A stretch of DNA of 54,113 nucleotides from a virus. Taxonomy: Duplodnaviria > Caudoviricetes. Below are positions 45,485 to 54,113 of this stretch, piece by piece (the stretch's first letter is position 1; the number at the start of each line of letters is the position of its first letter). The notes below the pieces were generated by a model. It worked only from the letters and a program-made list of their open reading frames with translations, was not told where the DNA came from and did no database searches. Location: positions 1-54,113 of IMG/VR virus record IMGVR_UViG_3300027797_000037, one strand, 5' to 3'. The position numbers and the translations under genes were made by a program.

Positions 45485-47077
45485 TTAGATTACTTCATGA
45501 TTAATAAGGACAATTGTACCCGCAGAAGAAGTTCCTGACTGCCCTGTAGCACCAGGTGCTGCACTAGTTGTTAACCCAACTGGGAGTGTGCTGGTGGACA
45601 TTACAAACAAAACTCCACCTCCACCAACAAATCCAGAACTTCCTGTTGCACCTGTTCCTCCAGATGTGGCTGTTCCTCCCGCACCTCCCGCACCTCCTGG
45701 ATAGGTAAGGGGCGTGTTATACGTAGATGCATTCCCTGCGACCGTGTTATAGGTAAGTCCAGTACCTGCAGTAAAAGTGTATGTAGGTACGTTGTTTGCA
45801 TTTACAGTTGATCCAGTACCTGCGGTGTAAGTATACGTTGGTGAGTTGTTAGGGTTTGTTGTTGCGCCACTACCTGGGCTATAACTGTATGAAGGTGGAT
45901 TATTTGCATTTGTTGTTGCGCCACTACCTGGGCTATATGTATACGAAGCAGCATTAGTGTTTCCTGGACTAAAACTATAAGTGGGAGCATTCCATTTATT
46001 CGCACTAACCTGGTTACCAAAACCTTCTAAAACTGAACCAGGTGGGTTTGTATTACCTGCTGTGTAAGTATAAGAAGGTGGATTATTTGCATTTGTAAAT
46101 GCGCCACTACCTGGGCTATAACTGTATGAAGGTGGATTATTTGCATTTGTTGTTGCGCCAGTACCTGCAGTAAAAGTATACTTAGGTGCGTTGTTAGCAT
46201 TTGAAAATGATCCACTACCTGCGGTATATGTATACTTTGGTGCGTTATACGTTGCTACAGGAGTTGTTGGAGAGTTATACACAGAGGCATTACCACTTAA
46301 GTATAAAGTTGGAGCAGGAGCACCTGCTGTACCAGCAGTTCCTGCATTACCTGGAGCACCTGCAGAACCTGCAGAACCTGCTACACCGTTTACTGCAATG
46401 ACACCATCACCAACAATAGTCTTAGCAAGAACTATAACTACTCCGCCACCTGCCCCACCCAAACCTCCAGCACCGCCTGCTCCTCCAGTACCTGCAGTAC
46501 CTGCAGTACCTGTTGCTCCTTTCCCACCTGCCTCACCAACTGAGTTTGCACTTGGTGGGTAACTTCCTGCAGAGCCTGCAGATCCAGAGTTAGAAGTTCC
46601 TGCATTACCTGTCGCACCTGCTGCTCCAGTTGATCCGCCTGCTCCACCAGAAATAGCAGATACATCACCTGTAGTTGCATCGATGTATAGGGTTGAAATT
46701 AAACTTGTAATGTTGTAGTAAAACTCTTTTCCTGCAGCAATCTGTGTTGCAGTTGTGTCACCACTATTGCCGCCTAAAGAACTAGAGGCGTTATTTCCAA
46801 CAGTTGCTCCTCCACCAATAGTTCCAACAGCAGTTGTATTAGTAAGACGAGAAATTTTAGAGGTGCCATCAACAAAGGTCAAAGTGCTTTTGACAAAAAT
46901 ACGGTAGCCAGCAGGATCAAGATTGACACCTGAGTTAATCGTCAGATTGTTGTAATACATGTCTCTAGTAAGAGTCGTATTAACCGTCAGGGTCACATTT
47001 CCGTCTGAACCATTACCGTATGCAAACAACCCGCCTAAGCGGGTGTTGACCACGATAGGTACGGATGAAAGGGACAT
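45485..47077 (-). CDS. Gly-rich fibre-tip protein with Asn/Pro/Tyr repeat insertion
   Basis: Same N-domain as 44796..45470; GxAG runs; NANNPPSYSYSPGSGATT repeats. Confidence 0.75.
   Translation of the reverse strand: MSLSSVPIVVNTRLGGLFAYGNGSDGNVTLTVNTTLTRDMYYNNLTINSGVNLDPAGYRIFVKSTLTFVDGTSKISRLTNTTAVGTIGGGATVGNNASSSLGGNSGDTTATQIAAGKEFYYNITSLISTLYIDATTGDVSAISGGAGGSTGAAGATGNAGTSNSGSAGSAGSYPPSANSVGEAGGKGATGTAGTAGTGGAGGAGGLGGAGGGVVIVLAKTIVGDGVIAVNGVAGSAGSAGAPGNAGTAGTAGAPAPTLYLSGNASVYNSPTTPVATYNAPKYTYTAGSGSFSNANNAPKYTFTAGTGATTNANNPPSYSYSPGSGAFTNANNPPSYTYTAGNTNPPGSVLEGFGNQVSANKWNAPTYSFSPGNTNAASYTYSPGSGATTNANNPPSYSYSPGSGATTNPNNSPTYTYTAGTGSTVNANNVPTYTFTAGTGLTYNTVAGNASTYNTPLTYPGGAGGAGGTATSGGTGATGSSGFVGGGGVLFVMSTSTLPVGLTTSAAPGATGQSGTSSAGTIVLINHEVI
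45700..46310 (-). repeat. About 54-bp coding repeats (18-aa unit)
   Basis: Near-identical GCGCCACTACCTGGGCTATA and GAAGGTGGATTATTTGCATTTGT blocks recur. Confidence 0.85.
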
Positions 47078-47412
47078 TATGAAATTTCTACTCCAGATAT
47101 GTGAACGTTGATGGAACTGGTTGCAGAGGCAAGACCATGGATGGAGGCACCTGTAGGGATAACAATAGCAGTATCAATCTGTAGTGTGGTATTAGCCGAA
47201 ACTAAAACTTCACCATAAACTTTATTTGCAGCAGAAGCAGAACCAGCACTAGGAACAATGTGAAGAGTCGCACGAGCATCAACAGCGCTGTAATTAGCCA
47301 AAAGAATGGTCTTTACTGTTGTGGTTGTGGACGCAGGGACAGTGTACAAGGAAGCAGCGCTGGCTGTGAGAGTAGCGGCTGCTTTGAGTTCCTTAGTTGT
47401 ATATGTAGCCAT
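47077..47412 (-). CDS. Small virion structural (fibre adaptor) protein
   Basis: LYTVPASTTTTVKTILLAN...HISGVEIS. Confidence 0.72.
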   Translation of the reverse strand: MATYTTKELKAAATLTASAASLYTVPASTTTTVKTILLANYSAVDARATLHIVPSAGSASAANKVYGEVLVSANTTLQIDTAIVIPTGASIHGLASATSSINVHISGVEIS

Positions 47413-47427
47413 TTTTATCCTTTTCTT

Positions 47428-48678
47428 TTAGAAGACTAGAGCGTAATACCAAGAATCATCAGGAGAAATTGTACCAGTAGTTCCTTGGGTTCCTGTAGCA
47501 CCTTGGGCTCCAGTTGTACCTTGTGTACCTGTCGTTCCTTGAGCACCTGTTGTTCCTTGAGCACCAGTGGTTCCTTGGGCACCAGTATCACCTTGATCAC
47601 CAGTACGAGCAAAAGTGATAATTATGTCTTCTAGGTTTGCAAAAGATCCGTTACCAGATACATAAGAACAGTTGACTGTAAACCATCCCGTATTGTTAGT
47701 AAGAGAAGTTATTGTATAAAGCGCAAATACTGAAGCATCAAACTTTTTAGAAACTCTGAAGTGACCCTTAACGGTAGATGTAGAGTCATCAATAGTGTTT
47801 AAGAAAGATGAGATATCGGTGCTTTCATCGTTAGATGAGTCAATGTACAAAACCGTTGCAGATGATAAAGTTGCATTGTTAAATTGAATCTTTCCAACAC
47901 CTGGGTCTGTTGCAGTTACAGTTGTACTATATGTATAGTCAAATGTAGCGCCACCAAAGTTACCGTTTTGTCCTGTAATTCCCTGGGTACCAGTAGTTCC
48001 TTGAGTACCCGTAGTTCCCTGGGTACCATCGGTACCTTGAATTCCCTGGGTGCCAGTCGTACCTTGGGTTCCTGTAGTACCTTGGGTACCTGTTGTACCC
48101 TGAGCACCGATTGCGCCCTGTAACCCAGTCTCTCCCTGTGTTCCTGTAGCACCTTGGGCTCCAGTTGTACCTGTTGCTCCCTGTGTACCAGTCGTACCCT
48201 GTGTACCAGTCGTGCCCTGTGTACCTGTTGTTCCCTGGGTACCGTCGGTACCCTGTGTACCTGTAGCGCCCTGTGTACCTGTGGTTCCCTGTGTACCAGT
48301 GGTTCCCTGAGAACCTATAGTTCCTTGAACTCCTTGGGTACCTGCGGGTCCTTCTACTCCTTGTAATCCAGTTCCACCGATTGTTCCTTGGGCGCCTGTT
48401 GTTCCCTGGGTACCATCGGTACCTTGAATTCCCTGGGTGCCTGTAGTGCCTTGGGTACCAGTGGTTCCAGTAGTTCCTTGAGTACCCGTAGTTCCCTGTG
48501 TTCCAGTGGTTCCTTGAACTCCTGTGAAGTAGTCAAGTGAATTCCATGCTGTGTTTCCATCACCAATTTTAAATTGATTGTTGGTAGTGTTATAACCAAT
48601 TTCACCCACGCTTAAAGTTGGGTTAGCATTTGTCCACTGTGTCCCAGTACCACGACGCACTTGAATCTTTGTTGCCAT
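47428..48678 (-). CDS. Collagen-like fibre with Mtd_N-type N-terminal domain
   Basis: KIQVRRGT..W...NPTL..GEIG....FKIGDG.TAW..L.Y; long GTQGTT runs. Confidence 0.88.
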   Translation of the reverse strand: MATKIQVRRGTGTQWTNANPTLSVGEIGYNTTNNQFKIGDGNTAWNSLDYFTGVQGTTGTQGTTGTQGTTGTTGTQGTTGTQGIQGTDGTQGTTGAQGTIGGTGLQGVEGPAGTQGVQGTIGSQGTTGTQGTTGTQGATGTQGTDGTQGTTGTQGTTGTQGTTGTQGATGTTGAQGATGTQGETGLQGAIGAQGTTGTQGTTGTQGTTGTQGIQGTDGTQGTTGTQGTTGTQGITGQNGNFGGATFDYTYSTTVTATDPGVGKIQFNNATLSSATVLYIDSSNDESTDISSFLNTIDDSTSTVKGHFRVSKKFDASVFALYTITSLTNNTGWFTVNCSYVSGNGSFANLEDIIITFARTGDQGDTGAQGTTGAQGTTGAQGTTGTQGTTGAQGATGTQGTTGTISPDDSWYYALVF

Positions 48679-48893
48679 TATGGTGTACCTCCATCAAGTT
48701 CAATTAAATATGTCTCAGACGGAGTTCCGCCATTAATATTTATAACACTGTCACCTACAGAGTTCCACATTGCACCATCATAAGTCTTAATTGTGTTATA
48801 TGTGGTGTTGTAATAAGTATCACCAGCAGTCTGGCCCGTAGGATCGTTGGCAGCAGGCAAAAGGCCTAGTGGTACAACAAACTTACGGGCCAT
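48678..48893 (-). CDS. Small fibre-associated protein
   Basis: MARKF N-terminus and GDTYYNTT..IKTYDG..W motif shared with next gene. Confidence 0.7.
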   Translation of the reverse strand: MARKFVVPLGLLPAANDPTGQTAGDTYYNTTYNTIKTYDGAMWNSVGDSVININGGTPSETYLIELDGGTP

Positions 48894-48911
48894 ACTAGTT
48901 AACTCCTTTTA

Positions 48912-51740
48912 TTACGCTTGGACTACTACTCGGTAAGTTTCTCCTGAAGCAGGAGCAACTGCAAACCCGATAGTCACTGTTGTGTCAGTAATGTATGTAA
49001 CATCTGTTACAACTTCCATTGCGCTAGAGACTTCATAGATTTTGACCTGAATGTCTGTTGTTCCCAAAGCGTGGGTCAACGTCCATTGAGTTTGAGAGTA
49101 TGGAGATGCTGGTGTAATGGTAGATGCGTACTTGCGTACAACAACTGCTGTGTCAATCTTAAGACCATTTGCAGACTTAGAAAGTCCAGAAGCGGTATCA
49201 AGTTTTGCACTAAATGTTGAACCAGTTAAATCAATACCGTCCCCAGCCAGATACGTTCCAGCCCCTGAGAACTGTGAGAATGTAAGTGCTGTAGTGTCAA
49301 GTGTTATTGCATCGTCTGTTGTAAGAACCCAACCAGTGTTTCCATTGGTTGTACCCTCTGATACGAAGGTAAATAGGCCAGCGGTAACTTCTGCGCTTAG
49401 ATTTGCATCTTCTGCGCGAGTAGGCGCACCTGTTGAATTTACGGTATAGATACCGTTTTCTGAGCCAGTTGCCTGATTCTTAATAAGGATTCTGTTGCCA
49501 GTAGCAAGCGTTACTCCATCTACCACATCGCCATTTTCAAACGATGTTGCAAGAGTTCCAGCCACTGCAGTTGCTACACGAACTGATGCTTTAACATCTA
49601 GTCCGCTTGCAGTTGCATCAACATATGCCTTTGTAGCAATAGTTGTGGTATCAACTGTGAGTGCTCCACCACCTGAAAGTGATAGACCAGAACCTACAGA
49701 GAGGATTCCAGCATTCTCACCTTGGATACCTTGGGCGCCTGTTGTTCCCTGGGCGCCAGTTGTACCTTGTGAGCCTGTAGTTCCTTGTGAACCTGTGGTT
49801 CCCTGAGTTCCAGTGGTTCCCTGGGTACCAGTCTCACCTTGAGCACCAATGGTGCCCTGTGCTCCTGTGTAACCCTGTAGACCTTGCTCGCCTTGCAAGC
49901 CTGTCGTACCTTGGGCTCCAATTGTACCTTGGGCTCCTGTCTGTCCTTGAAGTCCTGTCTCGCCCTGAGCACCTGTAGTGCCTTGAGAGCCTGTAGTTCC
50001 CTGGGTGCCAGTCGTACCTTGAGTACCTGTTGTACCCTGGGTGCCTGTTGTACCTTGGGCGCCAGCAGTACCTTGAGCACCAGTCGTACCCTGTACACCT
50101 GTAGCACCGTCAAGGTTGATTGACCATGCAGCGTAAGTTCCTGAACCAACAATGTCGTTAACATTTACAACAAGAGTGTCAGTTCCTGATGTGTAACTGA
50201 CTACAGTTGCAGACATGTGGTTGTTTGCATCGTAAGCAACTACTACGTCTTGTCCTACAGAATAAGAAAGAGCAGCATCAGCAAGTACAAACGAAACGTT
50301 GTTTGCTACCGCAATTGTACGTGAAGTAGTAGAGGTTGTCTTATAACGATCTGAGTGGCCTTGTACACCCTGTGAACCTGTAGTTCCCTGGGAGCCTGTT
50401 GTACCTTGGGCTCCCGTGGTTCCTTGTGTACCAGTCTCACCTTGAGTACCAGTAGTTCCCTGAGATCCAGTAGTTCCCTGTGCACCAGTTTGACCTTGTA
50501 GACCAGTTTCTCCTTGCGTACCTGTGGTTCCCTGGGTACCAGTAGTTCCCTGTGCACCAGTTTGACCTTGTAGACCAGTTTCTCCCTGAGATCCAGTAGT
50601 TCCCTGTGAACCTGTAGTGCCCTGGGCTCCAGTTTGACCTTGTAGACCTTCAGCACCCTGAAGTCCTGTTTCTCCTTGAGTACCTGTAGTACCTTGCGTA
50701 CCAGTTTCACCCTGGGTACCAGTGGTTCCTTGGGCACCAACAGTACCTTGTGTACCAGTCTCTCCCTGTGCACCTGTAGTTCCTTGGGCACCGACATCAC
50801 CAGTACGAGCAAAGGTAAGTAGTGTCTCATCGTTGTCAGCAAAAGATCCGTTACCAGATACATACTCAACGGTTACATCGTGGTAGGAAGCGGCTCCTGG
50901 ACCCACATGTGTTAGCCCAGAGATTGTAAATAGTGCAAATGTTGATGCATCGAACTTCTTAGAAATCTTAACGTGACCCTTGATTGTAGAAGTTGAGTCA
51001 TCGATTGTGCTTAAGAATGGTGTTAAATCAAAGTTTCCATCAAGTGGATTGTCATCAATTACTAAGTGTGTTGCACTTGAAAGTGTTGCGTTGTTAAACT
51101 TTACGTAGTTATCGCCTGGGTCGGCAACAGTGTAACTAGTAGTATCAATGTAGTACTGAACAGTTACGCCACCAAATGAACCTGCAACACCAGTCTCACC
51201 CTGGGTACCAGTAATACCTTGTGTACCTGTTTCACCTTGGGTTCCTGTTGTACCCTGTGCGCCATCAGTACCTTGAGCACCTTCAGTACCTTGAGCACCT
51301 GTAGTGCCCTGTGTACCTGTAGTGCCCTGTGTACCTGTAGTACCTTGCGCTCCTTCAATTCCTTGTGTACCTGTTTCGCCCTGCGCTCCTGTTGTTCCCT
51401 GAGCACCGTTAGAGCCGTTTGTTCCTTGTGTACCTGTAGTGCCTTGGGCACCTTCAGTTCCTTGGGTTCCTGTAGTGCCCTGTGTACCAGTAGTGCCTTG
51501 GGTACCAGTAGTGCCTTGGGTACCAGTGGTTCCTTGCGCTCCTGTAGTGCCTTGGGTACCTTGGCTTGCGTTGATCCAAGCAGTACCGTTCCAGGTCTTT
51601 ACTACCTTGTCGTTAGTGTCATAGTAAATCTGACCTTCGACTGGTGATGCTGGTGCCGATACTGATGCTAGGTTTTGAATACGAGCATTCTGTAGTTCAA
51701 GTTTTCCTAGATCAATCGGTGTTAAAAATTTACGGGCCAC
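48912..51740 (-). CDS. Large collagen-like fibre protein
   Basis: Three Gly-X-Y blocks separated by globular domains; ATKAYVD..GLDVKASVRVAT..KNQ..ENGIY domain. Confidence 0.88.
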   Translation of the reverse strand: MARKFLTPIDLGKLELQNARIQNLASVSAPASPVEGQIYYDTNDKVVKTWNGTAWINASQGTQGTTGAQGTTGTQGTTGTQGTTGTQGTTGTQGTEGAQGTTGTQGTNGSNGAQGTTGAQGETGTQGIEGAQGTTGTQGTTGTQGTTGAQGTEGAQGTDGAQGTTGTQGETGTQGITGTQGETGVAGSFGGVTVQYYIDTTSYTVADPGDNYVKFNNATLSSATHLVIDDNPLDGNFDLTPFLSTIDDSTSTIKGHVKISKKFDASTFALFTISGLTHVGPGAASYHDVTVEYVSGNGSFADNDETLLTFARTGDVGAQGTTGAQGETGTQGTVGAQGTTGTQGETGTQGTTGTQGETGLQGAEGLQGQTGAQGTTGSQGTTGSQGETGLQGQTGAQGTTGTQGTTGTQGETGLQGQTGAQGTTGSQGTTGTQGETGTQGTTGAQGTTGSQGTTGSQGVQGHSDRYKTTSTTSRTIAVANNVSFVLADAALSYSVGQDVVVAYDANNHMSATVVSYTSGTDTLVVNVNDIVGSGTYAAWSINLDGATGVQGTTGAQGTAGAQGTTGTQGTTGTQGTTGTQGTTGSQGTTGAQGETGLQGQTGAQGTIGAQGTTGLQGEQGLQGYTGAQGTIGAQGETGTQGTTGTQGTTGSQGTTGSQGTTGAQGTTGAQGIQGENAGILSVGSGLSLSGGGALTVDTTTIATKAYVDATASGLDVKASVRVATAVAGTLATSFENGDVVDGVTLATGNRILIKNQATGSENGIYTVNSTGAPTRAEDANLSAEVTAGLFTFVSEGTTNGNTGWVLTTDDAITLDTTALTFSQFSGAGTYLAGDGIDLTGSTFSAKLDTASGLSKSANGLKIDTAVVVRKYASTITPASPYSQTQWTLTHALGTTDIQVKIYEVSSAMEVVTDVTYITDTTVTIGFAVAPASGETYRVVVQA

Positions 51741-51751
51741 GGTCTATCTCC

Positions 51752-52306
51752 TTAAGATATGTAGGCTTTACCTGAGAAAGCGGAAGAAAAAGAGACCGTT
51801 AATGAGTTCGAATTAGTATACGCAATTTCACCTTCAACTATGTTACCAGCAGAGTCTACAACTGTAACGTTAGGCTTGAAGCCTAAATTATGAGCAATTA
51901 CCCAAGAGTCGCTGGTGACCCCTTGAGTGTGTTCGTACGATACCCGTCCAATTGTAAAGTACTTATTTGTAACGCCTTCTGTAAGATCATCTGTATTGTC
52001 CAATGTAGCGCCAGAAATACCTTGGAGACCTGCAGTACCTGCAGTGCCTTGAGCACCTGTTGCACCTTGAGTACCAAGACCTTGAGTACCTTGTACGCCC
52101 TGTGTACCTTGAGTACCAGTTGTGCCCTGACGACCCTGAACGCCTTGAGTACCTTGGGCTCCTGTTGTTGCGCCTCCACCAGAACAACTTCCACAACCGC
52201 AACCTGATGCGTGGACAGTTCCTTCTGGAGTAGTAATGAGGACAACGTTATTGACCGCAATAGGAACAGTGTCAGATCCTGGGCGGGTGTATTGATTTGG
52301 ACTCAT
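51752..52306 (-). CDS. Short collagen-like virion protein
   Basis: GxQ repeats, TDDLTEG..NKYFT, W.IAHNLG..P.VTV. Confidence 0.8.
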   Translation of the reverse strand: MSPNQYTRPGSDTVPIAVNNVVLITTPEGTVHASGCGCGSCSGGGATTGAQGTQGVQGRQGTTGTQGTQGVQGTQGLGTQGATGAQGTAGTAGLQGISGATLDNTDDLTEGVTNKYFTIGRVSYEHTQGVTSDSWVIAHNLGFKPNVTVVDSAGNIVEGEIAYTNSNSLTVSFSSAFSGKAYIS

Positions 52307-53361
52307 TGGCTCACCTCTGGTGTTTTAATAATTAATCCAGAAACGTACGTGTGGGTAACGCCTTCTGCGTCTGTTAATTGTACGTCATAATAAGATTTTC
52401 CAGGCAGTATACGTGTTTGATCACCTGTAAGAGAAAGAACTAATGTGCGCTTATTATCGCCATCTTCAGTAGTATCTGGTTTTGTCACAGTAAAATCAGT
52501 GATTGCAAAAGAAGCGCCTGGTAGTACCCTAATTTGCGCCAGTGGAGTTAACAAGTCAACTTCAAAATCTAAACGAATAGAAAATTCGTATGCATCTCCT
52601 GAATACACATTTAGATCTTGAACAACAGTTGTTGGAACAGGCTTAACATTTCCATAGGTTGGGATAGGCAGACGAACTCTAGTCTTAGTTGATTTATCAT
52701 CAATTTCTTGTGGTTGATAAATAGGGACATACTCGTTGGTAGTTTTTGAAATCCGACGCAAAGTAAACACATCAATTTTGTACAGACCAATACTTAGTTG
52801 AGAACAAAGTTCCTTGTATTGATTTTTACGTACTTCAATCATCTGCATTAATTGACGGTAGCGTTCAGAGCGGGGGATCATCACGCCATCTGGGGCTGTA
52901 ATATCAATGTCAAATGAGGCATCCGTAGCCAGCGTATACATTGCTAGAGTAGATGCGTAAATAACTACTGGGTATTCTTCTATTGTGGGTAACGTTGTAA
53001 TGCTCATTGTACGGCCGTAATTGTCAGTGTGAAAAGCAGTGTGCTGGTCAAATGCGTCTGCAACGTACTGGCAAACTTCAACAGGTGTAAAATACTTGTA
53101 GTAGTTTCCAGCAACAATAATGACGTCGCCTGCATCAGGGGTTTCGTCAAGGACGATATGGCCCGTGGCCTCTTCAACCTCTGCATCAGTTGAGACGTCG
53201 ACCCCCTCTCGATTAATAACTAAATTAACGCCATCAAGGGGAGAGTAAGGGATTAAAAAACGGTTTGTAGTTCCATCAGCAATAAATTGATGAACAAACG
53301 ATCGACCAATGTCACCAAGTTCGTAACGTAGGCGATCTGCCAATCCTGCTGTTGTAGCCAC
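52303..53361 (-). CDS. Head-tail adaptor / neck protein
   Basis: RLRYELGD N-terminus; C-terminal GDAYEF..YYDVQLT Ig-like domain; follows capsid. Confidence 0.65.
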   Translation of the reverse strand: MATTAGLADRLRYELGDIGRSFVHQFIADGTTNRFLIPYSPLDGVNLVINREGVDVSTDAEVEEATGHIVLDETPDAGDVIIVAGNYYKYFTPVEVCQYVADAFDQHTAFHTDNYGRTMSITTLPTIEEYPVVIYASTLAMYTLATDASFDIDITAPDGVMIPRSERYRQLMQMIEVRKNQYKELCSQLSIGLYKIDVFTLRRISKTTNEYVPIYQPQEIDDKSTKTRVRLPIPTYGNVKPVPTTVVQDLNVYSGDAYEFSIRLDFEVDLLTPLAQIRVLPGASFAITDFTVTKPDTTEDGDNKRTLVLSLTGDQTRILPGKSYYDVQLTDAEGVTHTYVSGLIIKTPEVSQ

Positions 53362-53419
53362 ATAACCTCCGTAAAATTACTGTGCTCATCATCTCGTGTA
53401 ATCAATATTTACACAGTGC

Positions 53420-53473
53420 AAAAAGGGTCCAACCCCCAACTGGGAGGAGGGCGGGAACCAGTTGAGGGTCGAA
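53420..53473 (-). terminator. Long-stem terminator with C-rich loop
   Basis: TTCGACCCTCAACTGG / CCAGTTGGGGGTTGGA then CCCTTTTT. Confidence 0.7.
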
Positions 53474-53495
53474 CTACTTGAGACGTGCTAACTTT

Positions 53496-53867
53496 TTAGT
53501 TAGGGCGCCAAATGTAACCTAGTTGTTCTAGGTACGAAGCGAGTGCTGCAGGAACGCGGTACTTAACGCCAGCCTTAAAGGAGTAAGAGTTACCTACTCC
53601 ATAAGTCATGTCATCAATGTCGGTAATGGTACGAATAACGACCATATCACCTGCTGTAGATACGCCTACGTTTTCGATCTCGTCTAGAACTAGCGGAGCA
53701 TCTGGATGTTTAGGATCAAAAATATCCTTTTCCAAACTTTCTGCCTCAACTTGTGCCGCAATAGAAATTTCGTCTTTGCGCTTTCTTAATTGTTCAGCAT
53801 TTTTCTTTGCTGCTGTTTCCGCTGCTTTGCCTGTTGCATCAAGCGGACTTGTTGGTGTATTTGCCAC
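53496..53867 (-). CDS. Hypothetical protein downstream of capsid
   Basis: 123 aa, AGGAG RBS; Y.FKAG..YRVP..LA.YL...GY C-terminal motif. Confidence 0.8.
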   Translation of the reverse strand: MANTPTSPLDATGKAAETAAKKNAEQLRKRKDEISIAAQVEAESLEKDIFDPKHPDAPLVLDEIENVGVSTAGDMVVIRTITDIDDMTYGVGNSYSFKAGVKYRVPAALASYLEQLGYIWRPN

Positions 53868-53900
53868 GGTGTGTATTCTCCTAAGTTAGTTTTGTGTTGT

Positions 53901-53946
53901 GATGTGCCTGGGGGCCCAGGAAGGAGTAGAGCCCCCAGACGACATC
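53901..53946 (-). promoter_or_regulatory. Hairpin after major capsid gene
   Basis: GATGTCGTCTGGGGGCTC / GGGCCCCCAGGCACATC stem; loop TACTCCTTCCT; no U tract. Confidence 0.65.
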
Positions 53947-53952
53947 GGTGTC

Positions 53953-54113
53953 TTAGTTTGTGTAAACCTTGACGATAGCCTGGTCGGTGATTACACCGAG
54001 ACCCCAGATTGCGTACCATGCAAGAGCGTGCTCACGACCGAAGTCAAGAACGCCACCGTCACGTAGTTCAACTGGAAGGCTGATTGCGTGACCAAATGCG
54101 TTGTCACCAATCA
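53953..54113 (-). CDS. Major capsid protein C-terminus (N4-gp56-like), partial
   Basis: Manual translation IGDNAFGHAISLPVELRDGGVLDFGREHALAWYAIWGLGVITDQAIVKVYTN*. Confidence 0.85.
   Translation of the reverse strand, partial: IGDNAFGHAISLPVELRDGGVLDFGREHALAWYAIWGLGVITDQAIVKVYTN

Noticed and set aside
45700-46310. Multi-core RiPP precursor
   Set aside because: Repeats are embedded in a structural fibre with no leader, cleavage motif or transporter; display on the virion is more parsimonious
47428-48678. Diversity-generating retroelement suggested by the Mtd_N domain
   Set aside because: No reverse transcriptase and no TR/VR pair with adenine-specific mismatches seen in the window
47460-52170. 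Dense 9/18-bp tandem repeats as CRISPR array or satellite
   Set aside because: They are in-frame Gly-X-Y codons with wobble variation and no unique spacers
53396-53414. GTGTAA-N7-TTACAC palindrome as operator
   Set aside because: Single occurrence with 6-bp arms; no second copy noticed
1-54113. tRNA genes, integrase, terminase, stop-codon recoding
   Set aside because: None recognised; genes tile densely under the standard code using all three stops

Overview
A 54 kb slice of a contractile-tailed (myovirus-type) dsDNA phage genome. WhiB, leaderless TANNNT promoters and moderate GC point to an actinobacterial host, plausibly a low-GC freshwater lineage (inference). Almost every real gene is on the minus strand. 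In transcription order (right to left): end of an N4-gp56-like major capsid gene, neck gene, three collagen-like fibre genes, two paralogous Gly-rich fibre-tip genes, an enzyme cassette (GT60 hydroxyproline GlcNAc-transferase-like, two DUF6065-like paralogs, prolyl-4-hydroxylase-like oxygenase, YkgJ Cys-cluster protein, GalE-like epimerase, GH130-like propeller, TPR), a Cys-rich fibre module, a coupled run of tiny acidic, basic and Cys-rich peptides mostly missed by the ORF track, tail sheath/tube/chaperone (candidate +1 frameshift)/tape measure/baseplate, a full replication and recombination module (initiator with candidate iterons, DnaC, DnaB, primase, SNF2, SSB, PolA, RecA, WhiB, Cas4-like nuclease, RuvC), a secreted subtilase, SpoVS and late hypotheticals. 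The best candidate for a new system is a phage-encoded proline hydroxylation and glycosylation pathway placed next to a Pro/Asn/Tyr repeat-bearing fibre. All family calls come from motif recognition by eye; no searches were run.
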